A DNA stretch of 64,000 nt from Catajapyx aquilonaris. Taxonomy: Eukaryota. This document shows, piece after piece, positions 25,761-37,700 of the stretch. The stretch spans positions 1 through 64,000 of the forward strand of contig KZ538356.1 of NCBI GenBank assembly GCA_000934665.2. Direction: 5' to 3'. The notes beneath the pieces are model-generated. The model searched no databases. It had not been told where the DNA came from and saw only the letters and a list, made by a program, of their open reading frames with translations. Both the position numbers and the translations under genes were made by a program. Position 1 is the first letter of the stretch. Each line of letters begins with the position of its first letter.

Positions 25761-28700
25761 CCCTGTCGCCCATGGACACCCCTCGAGCCCCACCCTCCAA
25801 CTAGGCGAAAGAACCTTCCTCTAGAACTCTGCGTCACGTGTGTGACACCCCCCAAAAGATGGCGGCCGGAAGAACGTCGGTGGGCAGCTGCTGCCAGAGG
25901 GGCGGTGGTGCAGACCTTTCCAAAAGCCAGCAGGCTTCGATTGGCTTCCCGGCCAGAAGTAGGTTACCGCTGCTGTTGCCAGCAACAGTGGTCGACCCGT
26001 GGTATATATAAACAAGAGCAAGGCCGTATTTTTAGCTCCATCCAGCACCACCAAAGGCGACTGCCCTCTTCCAACCAATTTTTTTAAAACAATGCTGATG
26101 GTCCCCTTTGAGGAACAGACGATGGCCTTGACTTGCCCATCCACCTGTAAGTGGTGCCCCATCCCCAGAAAAACATATCCTCAATGTCTTCCAACCGATA
26201 ATAATGTTTCATCATCATCATATACGGCCACAATGTCACCGTCGCTCCCTTCCAGTCGCTATGCCCCACTTTCTATACTACCCTACACAAGAAGGAAGAA
26301 GCAGCAGCGTGGGAAGACACTCCGGAACTTTCTAGCGACGGTTTAGGGCAAAAACACAACGCGTGTTGCTCGATCCTCGCAAATATTTAACCTTCACAAC
26401 TCGTGAAGGAATCGCAGGGAAGGCCGCAAAAATTGCGCAATGCCACTTTTGTTATGCTGCTTGCTAACTGGCCGTGCACATTTTTCTGTCAGCAGCAGCA
26501 TATACCCTTGCAACCCTTGAAGCAGAAACATACAGCAGCAGCAACACACACGTGACTCCCCCTGAGCCCTGACTAAAAGGTGCTATCAGCCCACGAGATA
26601 ACCACGTATCGTATATATCTGTAAGAGTCAAGAGCGATGCGTCTTCCTCCTCCCCAGAAATAAATAACATGACATCACACCTGAGTCAACCAGTGGTTTT
26701 TCACAACCGAAAAGGCCGCGCACTGAAACACACTCCATAATGGAGCAAGTGGTCGGCCCCCTAACGATCCACCGGCGACGTCGACAAAAGCAGCAAAGGG
26801 CAAGAATGTTACGTCACCAAAGCCCCAGTCAAACAGCACCCGCGAGCCCTACTTTTTTTTTTCCGTGTCTGTCGCCATTCACCAACGTCACCAGCGTCAC
26901 TAGTGATAAGGCAAGCTGGCACCATTCCATCCTGCACCACTATAACGATCCTCCTCCAGCCCGGTTTCGGCCTATCCCAGCAGCACAAACCTGCGCCGAC
27001 CAGCTCACCATCCGAGCACGCACCACGCATACACACCTTATTGCAACAATCCCTCTTTGCCAACAATTGTCCACACTAGGGCTCCACGAGTTGGTCGTTC
27101 CGCCGAGGCCGCCCGGCGGAAACTGCGCAAGAAGCGAAGGACAGCTAGAAGCAGAGAGCTAGAGGAGGGTATATGGGAAGAGAGGAGGGGGGGTTCTGGG
27201 GGATGGGACTCTCTGGGTGGGTGGTTGGGTGGGTGGGTTGGCGGAGAGCCTGTTGGGGCTGGCTTTGGTTGGCGGTGGCAAGCAGCGGCAACAAGCAGAT
27301 GAAGCAGCAATGCCAGCTGTACCATACGACGTGGGGTATCCTCCAGAGCCTATAGGCACATTTCCTTCTTCCTGCAGACATGACCAAGGACGACTTGCGG
27401 AATTCCACCTCATTTTCTTCCTCCTCAGTATACGTGGATGGCGGGGGAAAAAATTATTGCGTCATTCTGGCCTCACTTTTGACTACACTTCTTCTGGAGA
27501 AGGCCTATTTGATCCAACCACAACGCGCTCGAGACGCAACAACCAACATGGATGACACGTCTCTAATCACACCCGGGTCTATCTCGAACGGAGGCGACAG
27601 TACCGTATTGTATATACGCTATTCAGCGATAAGTTCCCAGGCACGGTTCTGCAAAAATAGCAATTCCGCCATTGTCCATTGAACACAATGTCCTTCAGCC
27701 AAAAAAAGGAGGTCAGCTTGACCCAGACCACCCCAAGTTCATGTCCATGTAACCAATTGTGCGATACTGTACATTCATCATGGACGGAGATGCATCGGGT
27801 ATCTCAATAAGGCTCAGCAGGGAGGCAGTACTGCAGTGCGGTTGCTGGGATACAGCATCGTGACTGCAATCAATCGGAAGAACTTGTCATGTACCGACCA
27901 TTCACTGGAAAGTTTCGTATAGGAGAAACCATGATGATTTCGGTGAGGATGATGCGGGGGTGGTTGGGATTTTTGAATTTTTCTTGGCAAGGATGGGGAG
28001 AGAGGACGAAGGAGCAGTGTCGTGCAGTTGGGAACGAATTCTGAATGAGGTGAAGGACGCGAGGCGAGCGCCTTGACCGGATACGGCAGCCGGGACAAGA
28101 TCATGTCCACATGGAAGACCCTCTCTTCGTGCTGGACCTCAGCCATCATTCAAAAACCTCAAAACCGGATGGTCCCTAACATTGAGCGACACTCGCACAA
28201 AATTCGAATTATATGGTTGTTATACATTGTCAGGCATTGTCACACGACCACTGCACTCGTCATGAGTCACTGTTACGTCACGGCCTGTAACAATGACATC
28301 AACAAATTTGTCCAAACTTGCCATCATGTGACTCATAAATTCGTGATTTTTACCATTATTGCACTGGTACCTCTCACCCACCCGACTCATACGCGCGGAA
28401 AGGATACGCCCCACCGCATACATTACCTTGTATGTCATACTTTTCTTGCATGAACGGGGCGCGATACCGTATCGCTGTTCCTTGTACAATTATCTCCAGC
28501 AATGTCGGAGGTTAATCGACGTATTGCATTTCCGTCCTGCATAGTATCACCTCAGGCCCTCAGCAGTTGTGGGTCTTTTAAAGGGTCACCTCCATTACTC
28601 GCTCACACACTCATACACACGCACTCGCGAAACCATCACAAGAAGCCCAGCCAGCTTATGAAACGATTGTTTCATGGGACATTATCTTCAGGGTGTGAAT

Positions 28701-31700
28701 GATACTGTGCACAGCTCCTCGACCAATAGCGCTCACATGATACGCCACAGTTGGAGCCGAGGTCAGCCTCATGCGATTCTCTAGCTGCCACACTAGCCAC
28801 ATACAGTATACTATCATGCATTCATACGCAACTGCCGAGGTGCCTAGTGCAAACAGGTGGTAACCTACAAATTCGTGCAGTTTTTTCTCTCTAGAATTTG
28901 CCTATGCGTATCACACACATGAGCACCTGCGGGATGGTATTCACCATTGGTTAATAACCTGGTATGCCTACATGACAGTCATACCGTATGTATAGTTGGT
29001 GGGGAGATCTTCATATCAGTTGAATACTGCAAGGTAGGCTTTTGCTCCTGATTGCCCGAGACCTGACAATGGTCATCATCTGTACGCGATAAAAGGACAA
29101 AGTCCACGCAGTTCTTACGGTGTCTTGGGGTCACGCGCTTTCCTGGTAATCCCGAGTAAAATAGAGTCATGAACATCATTATCAGGAGGAAAGTATGTCG
29201 CCCAGAGTTTCCTTTATTCAAGGAAATTAACTAGCTACATAAACTGAAGGGGCCACAATCAGACGGAGAAGAAATCATGCGAAACCGAAACGGATAACGA
29301 ATAGTCTAAATCATTAAGTATATAACAAGAGCACATGAGCCAGTTTGCATCACATTACTATACACGGCAGCACTATGGCAGTATACTTGAGAATCGGTGA
29401 TGACACAATCTGCCATCTATCGATGATATATTGGTCGCAGAGAGTTGACAGACAGCAATAAGTGATTCGAACGTAAATGCGGAGTATACTTCTCTGCAAG
29501 GAGAAAACCGATATATAGTTTCTGAAGTAACCATCTGAAATCAATGTTCTGGTTTTGGCCCATAAAAAAATAAATGTCCTACTGGTTCTGAGTAAGTCCG
29601 AAATGTGACGATTTCTACTTGAAACCGACCAAAACCACTCCAACCATCAGTGCTGCTCTCGGTTTCAGGAAAACTCGCGCAATGAAAATGCCTTTTCCAC
29701 TTTGTCCTTTGATGCGCACGGATCCTGTGGTCTGACCTCACATGTCGCATCAAATGCCGGGAGAATCCCAGCCTGCAGACGAATCCGGTTGTTTATCAAA
29801 CGCGCAGATTGACCCGGTGCTAAATCTGGATTCAAGCCTATGTTACGCCCCTATATTAAAGCACAATGTGGAAATGTCAACAACTTTTTTTATTATTCCT
29901 CCGCAGTAAAAATCGCACTCGGCCTATTGATCAAAATTGTCTGTTACCTATATGTTGGCAATGGACATTTTCTGCCACTACCAACTCACACAACCACATT
30001 TCCGCTGTCATAGTACGGATATATTTATAAGGAGCTACAAGGCTACAAAACAGGTGAAGCTACATATTTTGTAGTCTGCACGGGGCTGACGGATGGATGT
30101 ATCGTGCCTGGGCTCTTCCTCTTCAGGGCCCCGTTACGTGTGGCAGAATATAGAGCACGCATACCCTATAATATACGTAACACAGCCTGGACTTGTCCAT
30201 AGAGTCATATCGACCACCGAGGACGCCCTCAAGAAGGCCCAAGTTCTGGTTGGTGGCTGCCTGCTCCCCCCACTGCTCCCTCCCCTGTCTACCTCCCTCT
30301 CTATCTACCCACCCACCCACCGCCGAAGCAGCAGCAGCAGCAGCCAGCCGTGTCTCCCGAGTTGCCTTGAGACACATTACTTTTTCAGGAGCAAAAGTTG
30401 CTTGATATAGGACCCCGGGTCAAAGAATGAACAGGGTGTTCCAACATGCCCTTCATTATATTACTCTCCGAGCGTCGAGGTCGGATAGGCTTTAGCATGC
30501 AACCTACTCACAGTCGGTGTGACCTCGACCTCTTCGACAGCCTCTCTGTCCCTCCTACCCTACAAGCACAGCTGCACTCTTCTGCTCGCTCGCCCTCTCC
30601 CTTCTTCTTCTTCAACCTCTCCCCCCATACACACCTTCCCCACCTCATCTCTCCCAACCCTTTCGTTTTCCCCTCAAGAGTCCTGCGTGTCATCTCCAAC
30701 TCGGGCCCAGTCCTCTCGTCATGTCTGCTGTAACATGCCATATGAATCCCACTCGTGAGCAATATATGTGGTGACCCCTGCGCTTATCCCATCGGGCCTG
30801 TCTATTGCTGACTTCAGGGGGAGGTAGGCACGTGAAAGAGGCCTGGTATCACCGACCTCAGCCCGACCTGACGCGCTTATATACAGGGTGGTCCAATATA
30901 CCTGTTGTAATGAGAAAAACCCACGGGCCTCAACAATGACCGCCAAAAATTGCTTCGAGCCGGAAATGCATGCTCCAAGCCTGTATCCTGATTTCGACAC
31001 ATAATGGAAAGTCCAGGGTCGCAATTTCTTTTTCGGCCACATAATGAAAGCGGACAATTTACTTTCAACTACTACAGGTAACCCGGCTCAAGTTGCACCA
31101 CCCTGTACACATCCTCTCAAGACAAAAATGAGCACGCCTCGCAAATTTGACTATGCACATGTTGGCCAGGTGTTTCTGACCGGCCAATATGTCGGTGGGC
31201 CGAGTTCTCCAGAGACCTTCAGACAGCGTGACCGACAGATCGATGTAGTTGCCTGCCTACTCCGTACGTAGGCTACTGCCCAGCCTCCTCCTCCACCACC
31301 ACCCCTCGTCGTCCTTTTGCTGTGTGCTTCGCCCCCAATGTTCCCAACCTGCGCAGCCTCACCTTCACCTCGAGGCCTCCCCCTCCTCTGCCTTCTCTCT
31401 TCCCTGTCTCCCCCATCTCCCCAAGTCGCATCCATCCAACCCTACGGAACCAACCAAGCAAGCATGGAAGCAACCAACAGCAGACTCCGCCGCCCAACAT
31501 ACAGCCGGGGTCTATTTTGGGCTCAAGCTGCAGCCTCCGTACCAAAGGCTTCACCTTTTGATGCTCCACCACCCACCAGCATCCTATACAACACTCCTCC
31601 CGGTCCATATCATTTAATGCAGGTGATTCACCCTGTAGTGCGGGCAATTTATCTGTATGCGGCTTATCAGATTGATGCTTTTTTCGCCTGGTAAACAATA

Positions 31701-34700
31701 ACAGAGTCTACTTTTTCCGTATATGACCACGTTGTTGCTAGTATATGCACCGGGTGTTTCATATCAATGGCAAGTACCACTACAGGCGCTCTTTGCCTAT
31801 CTGCTGACCTATATAGTGGCCTACGCCTACCCGTCCATATCTCGCCTGCCTACGCTGCAGGACCATAGGACACATCTCTTTGCGATCGATCCACAATCCC
31901 AAGTCCAACTTTGGGTCCATCACCCGGCCAATCTTCTGAACCCACACTTTTGTGTCCGGAGTGCACTGCGGATAGCCACAGTACTGATGGGGGCCTCTTC
32001 TGCCAAAGGTGATGACCCTGACCCTTCGTCTGCCCGGCATTAGAAGCCTCGTTAGTTAGATCTGAAAATCACTTATGAGGCAGCGTACTTATCGTATGAG
32101 GCCGACTGATAAGGCAAAGCGTGGAAGACTCCAAAGGTAAGTTTTGTGAACCACGCACGCACACTACGCAACCTGAAGAAAAAATGGGCAGTTATGTCAA
32201 GAGGCCAGACGCTTTCTATTGTGTCCATTCTCACGGACAGGACGCAATTTTTGACCACAACGCATTATAGCGATGTACTGTAAATACCACGACGCATTTA
32301 TTGATCTCCGCATCGCTTTCCAAGCATATTCCGGACCTATTTCTAGTTCGGCATTTCCACTAAAAAGAGTTTAATGTATATATCCCTGGGAAGAAAAATC
32401 GACCTTGATGATGTCGCCCAAGTATGTCCCAACTATCTAGTTCATAGTGGCGCGTACCACACAGAATAATAGAGCAGCTTGGCGCACAACGAAAATCGTT
32501 TCGCATTGTGACACGTAGACCATTGTGCTCTTTCACAAGAATATAGCCAATGTCGTACGCCCTATCAACTTTCTTGTCTCCAACGTCCTGCTATAAACGT
32601 ATCACATGAAAAAAAGAAAAAAAACGCCACCACCGCGATTAGACCCGAAAGAATATAGGTACTGTACGCACAGTGCAGAATGAGCCCATTGAGCAATCCA
32701 TCTATAAAAGTTCTGGCGTTCTGCGACCTTGTGTTTCATGATCTCAGTATGTGTCTAAAAAAGGGCCCAAATCGCATCCTTATCATTTCGAGGAATGCAG
32801 AAATATGCATTGCATTCTGGACTGGTAGCTGTTGACTTCAATGTGGCAACCACATTGTCTGCAATGATGGGACGTATGGCAATATATGTTCCCGGGGATT
32901 GGGATAATAGTGAATGATGCACTCTGGCGTGGGCGGGTTGATGGACCGATGGGACGGATGGAATCTTGTACGGTAGCTACTGCTGCTGGTATAGTGTATA
33001 TCTGGTTGCCCGGGAGAAAATCGATGGTTGGTTGGTTGGGTTCGGCTGCACGAGCTAGGGCTGGGCTGCGAGAGGTGAGGAGCAGGAGGGTGTGGTGGGG
33101 GATGTCAGTGAAAGAGGGGTGGTGCTGGCTGGCCTGGGCTCTCTGATGATGGGGTTGGTTTGTACTCTAGCTGGGAAACAGGCTGTTGGTGTCACTCGAC
33201 GACATTTGACCCACTGCAAGCTATGCACGAGCACGAGTCCAGAATGTCAAGTGTGGCCTCCCAGGCATTCCGTCACACGCCATGAGACATTAGCGACAAC
33301 CTCCCCGTCGAGAGCTACTTTTATTTCCAACCCTACTCCTTTTGCCCTTGCTCCTTGTCACCTGAAGTAGCGCAGGTGTTTCCGACCCGGCATATGCTGT
33401 GTATTATAATGCGAGTGGTCCTTCGCCCTTTTGGACTTTGCATCCCAACACTCCACCTGCTCTTCGGCAACACCGACAGAAGCAGCGTCGGTGGCGTCGG
33501 GGGCGTCGCGGGGCAGCAGAAGCATCGATTGGTTGTGAGCTGCAGCATCAGGGGCAGAGAGAGTGAAGCTGCAAGCTCGGCGCAAGAAGGACGAAGCCCC
33601 CGGACAGCCAGCCAGCCAGCCAGCAGAGGATGGATCAATGCGAGGACCTCTTTGCCTGCAGCAGCTGCTAGAGAGGACTTTGACTCCGCAGATGGAACAG
33701 GACACCATCCGGCGACCACAGAAGTGGGAGTACCGCCAGGGCATGCAACATGCTGGATGGGCCACCCACCCTCCAGGTCAGCAACCCCGGGTCCTGTCCA
33801 ACCTGCATTCTTCCTCCTTTGACGAGGACTACAAGATTCATCCATAAAAGATGCATCCGGTGGTACCGCGTACGTCGAAATTGCATAAGTGCACATGCGT
33901 ACGCCTGTTTCATCCTGGGAACTTGCGAAAGTTGCAAAGTCCTTGAAGCCACGTCCCACGGTACCAGCACGCACGATTTTTCTACCAAACAGTACATATG
34001 TAATGTCACGTGGCTTTACTGAATATTATTATCAGCCACAAGCACTCATTGACATTATTGAAAATTAAGTACGGCTAAGTACGTTATTCCGATGGTTAGA
34101 TTTTTGGGTGCCAACGCAGCGGAACGGGTAGATTACAGGAGACCACGGATACGCCACCACCAATGCCCTGCGAGTGAGTCACCCGTCTGGTATATGGTAT
34201 ACCGGAGGGTGACGTGCATCCAGGTGAGGTGTGGTCGCCTGAATAAAGGCCTTCGCTGCCTGCGCCAAATTTTTACGTAACCGACGTCTCCCCGTCAATA
34301 CCACGCCGTTTCTAACAATTCAATTCCTCCTGAACCACCCTGCGCTAGCTCCCTTGAACCAGACTGTACAGCAACCTTTACTGTAAATATAGCGCCCAAG
34401 AGTTTGCGCCGACGCAACTTTGAGCATGATCCCAACTGCCCAGACAGGTAGGACGGAAACATGGGGAAGAAATGAATGACCTTCCCGACAAACAGCTGCT
34501 TCCCAGATATATATTTTTTGTTGCCCACCATCTACTTCCTCCAAATCTCAACAACAATGCGGTAGAAGCAGTCAAGTGGTCCAATCTTCCATCTTCCCCC
34601 AGCATATACGCGGATGGTAAAAAATAGAGATAGAAACTGTACAGGTCACGTACAAGTGTACAAGGCCGCCCTGGTGCTGCAGAAAACACAGTTATTGCTT

Positions 34701-37700
34701 AATCACTTGTTGCTTAGGCAAGGATATACCAGCAGGGAAGGAAGAAGCGGATCTCTTTTCTACCTGATCGATACACACTTCTTTCTCCTCTCTCACAAGC
34801 TGCAGAGGGTTTTTGGTCAAACCGCCCCAAGTAGGCTGGGGGAATGCAAGACCAGCAACCTGGCCCCCTATGTTATTCTGGGGAGGACCAGGAAGGGTGC
34901 AAAGGTCTTCATCACCTGCCAGGTTCATGCCTGTTTCGCCGGATTTAAAACGCGTAGTTACGTGTATAGGCGGAGGCTACATAGGATGTAGCGTAGTTCT
35001 GTGGACTGCAAGTTCTTGAGGGGACCTTGGCTTGGTTGGGCAATGGTTGGGTAGGTTGGTTACATAACCGGCAGGGGGTTGCGTTACTGACTGAGTGTCG
35101 CTTTTGCACGTCAACAGTTGCAAGTCCACCTTCTGGGTTGGACTACTGCCAGCTAGCTACCTTGATGGTTGTCCCGGGTTCGACTCCTGAATCCGACATG
35201 CTTGGGTGAACCACGCTATCTCACGCAATTGCGCATCATTTTATTCGCAATTCCGAAAATTGGCCAATATATTTTTAGGGTCCTTGTTTTTGGGGGCAGA
35301 GGCGGAACTCCCATGGTGGGTAGCAGCAGCAACAGCGGCGTCGTCAGCGCCTATTGATTTTACGAGTGGGCCCATCCGCGGACACACACCTACGTACAGC
35401 AGTGCTATAGCCCTAGGGTCAACTTCCCCATAGGGGATGTCCAGTCCCCCAGAATTTCTATCTGCCTGACCCAGCATACTGCTGATTCCCTCACTCGCTC
35501 GAAGGTCAAGCCAGAAGCCATAATTAACCCTGCCGTGCAGCAACTACTTGACTTCCGCCCACCATCATCCGTCCGCTGCAAGAAAACCATCCGAAGCATC
35601 AGGCGGAGAAAGCAGTGGCAAACCGAATTCCTCAGCATGATAGGCCAAGGATGTTTTTCCCTTCAGTGGCCTCCCCGCCTGCCGGTACCAGCTTCTTCAG
35701 CATGTGCGTCATCAGAAGAATGTGATGCGATGGGAACAATGGAGATGGGCCGCTTTTGCTCGACTTGGTGGCTCATGTCCCACTTGACTCGACCCACACG
35801 GCTATTTATACGGCTCCGAATAATGGGCCTTGAGGGATCCTTCCTTGGCTCTTGATTGAGGAGATCCAATACATCGTGTAGTTATGCCCGTCGCATCCCT
35901 GCACTTTCGGAACCAGATTTTCGGACGGGATTTATGACTCACCCTGCCAACTTTCATATTCGGCTTGTACGCTGCTGAATGCAGATGGTCAGCAGCTGTA
36001 CCAGCAGTTGCAACATTTGATTCCATCTGTACTGCACTTGTTGCTGGAGGGAACAGTCTATAATTTCCAACCTGAACATTAAGCGTCGACGGCACGTGAT
36101 ACTTCAGAAGTGACTTTTGTCCCACTGTAAGCAACCTTATTTCCTCTCTCCCGACCGGCGATATCTTGTCGTCTCTTCTCCTTGCTGGCTCGAGGCCAAG
36201 CAGGCAAGTTCCCAGCCAGCCCCAAAGGGACATTCATCGCCTTCTTATGCTGGCGCCCAGAAACAAACCAAGCCAGTTCTCCTTGACCATCCTCCGCACC
36301 CCTTGTAAGCCATGCATGTCTTCCAGCCAGCAGCAGCATCCGCGGATAACTGGACCCTCGATGGACGGAGGTCACCTTGCCTACATATCCAGTTCCCATC
36401 CGTCACACTTATTGACGTCGGGGGGCCATCGCCAACTGCAATACGTCACTCACTTGAGGCCAACCAGCTCGGTTAGGTCGGGGGCAAAAACAAGGTGACA
36501 TTTACGCCTATCCAGAAACATGTTATCGGAGAAGGCAGACGGGCGAAGGAGGATTGGATGATGATAATATATGCGGGGTATGAACCTTTCAAAAAGTGCC
36601 ATCAACAGCACATGCAGACGTTTGGCGTCACAGACTGTAGTCGCCGCCACAAAAGCTTCCACAGCTGCGGTACAGTATAAATACAGTACGTGTGGCAAGC
36701 ATCGCGACCTTCTTCGGCGACCCACTTTCGAGTGAACCAACTAAAGCAGCCCAGCCAACCAACCAGCAGTTTCAGCAACATTGCTCCGTCGAGCCATTTT
36801 GTACACACACAAAAAAGAGAATTCGCGCACCTCCCCAGAGATAACATGATCCTGTGTGTACGTGGCCACATATATCCTTTTCCCCGACAGATAAGCCTAT
36901 CTGGCCCGCAGACTGCTGCTGCTGCCACCCCCCTCTCTCATGCCACCCATTCATCTATCCATCCATCCCCCCTCTCTGCATAAGCAGAAGGCCACGGAAG
37001 AAAGCTCTGGTGACGTGGATGGCGCCTGTTCCTCTTCATCACGTGCCTTACACCCCCCCCCTCCGCCTAGTACCTGCCGCGGATATGCCCCCTACCAATA
37101 AGACGTGTTCCACATACCCGGTTCGAACATGCCGCCAAATGCAGTCACCTATTGAAGGACATTGCAAAATGTTAAAGAGCGGTGATGCCCACCGTCGACC
37201 GCATGAGTCCAAGGCCGACTGCCTGGCCTTATATGCATGCCCCCCCTTTTTTTTTAATGTTCCCAGGACTCACCCGCTCCTGGACCACCGGACGTGTAGC
37301 TGCGGAGGATGCGAAAGATGGCTGCCCTGTCGGTTGCTGCTGCTGTTGCCAGTGGGCGGCTCCCTCCTCCTCCTGTTTTGAGGTCGTGGGTTGGGGGCTG
37401 ATGACGAGTGTTGGGCCTGCGTCCAACTATCGTGCTCCGCCGCGAGAGAGCCCGCCAGCTGCTGCTGCTCTCTGCTTCTGCTCCAACGGCTCAACTGAAG
37501 CACTGAACCTCCGGTGGCAGCAGCGGCCCCCAACTAGGACGCAACCACCGCAACGCAGCAGCAGCGACGCCCGATTGTTGGGACGACAGCCCAACCCTCC
37601 TCGAATGTTATGTGCGATGATGAAACATGACCGCAGCCTTCGGAGGGCGCGGAGAGGGGCTGAAGCAACGGCAATAATCTTTGTTCCCGCACCTGGCGAG

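Noticed and set aside
35177..35187. Pol III B-box-like GGTTCGACTCC
   Set aside because: No A box at suitable spacing and no cloverleaf; at most a decayed SINE fragment, not a tRNA.
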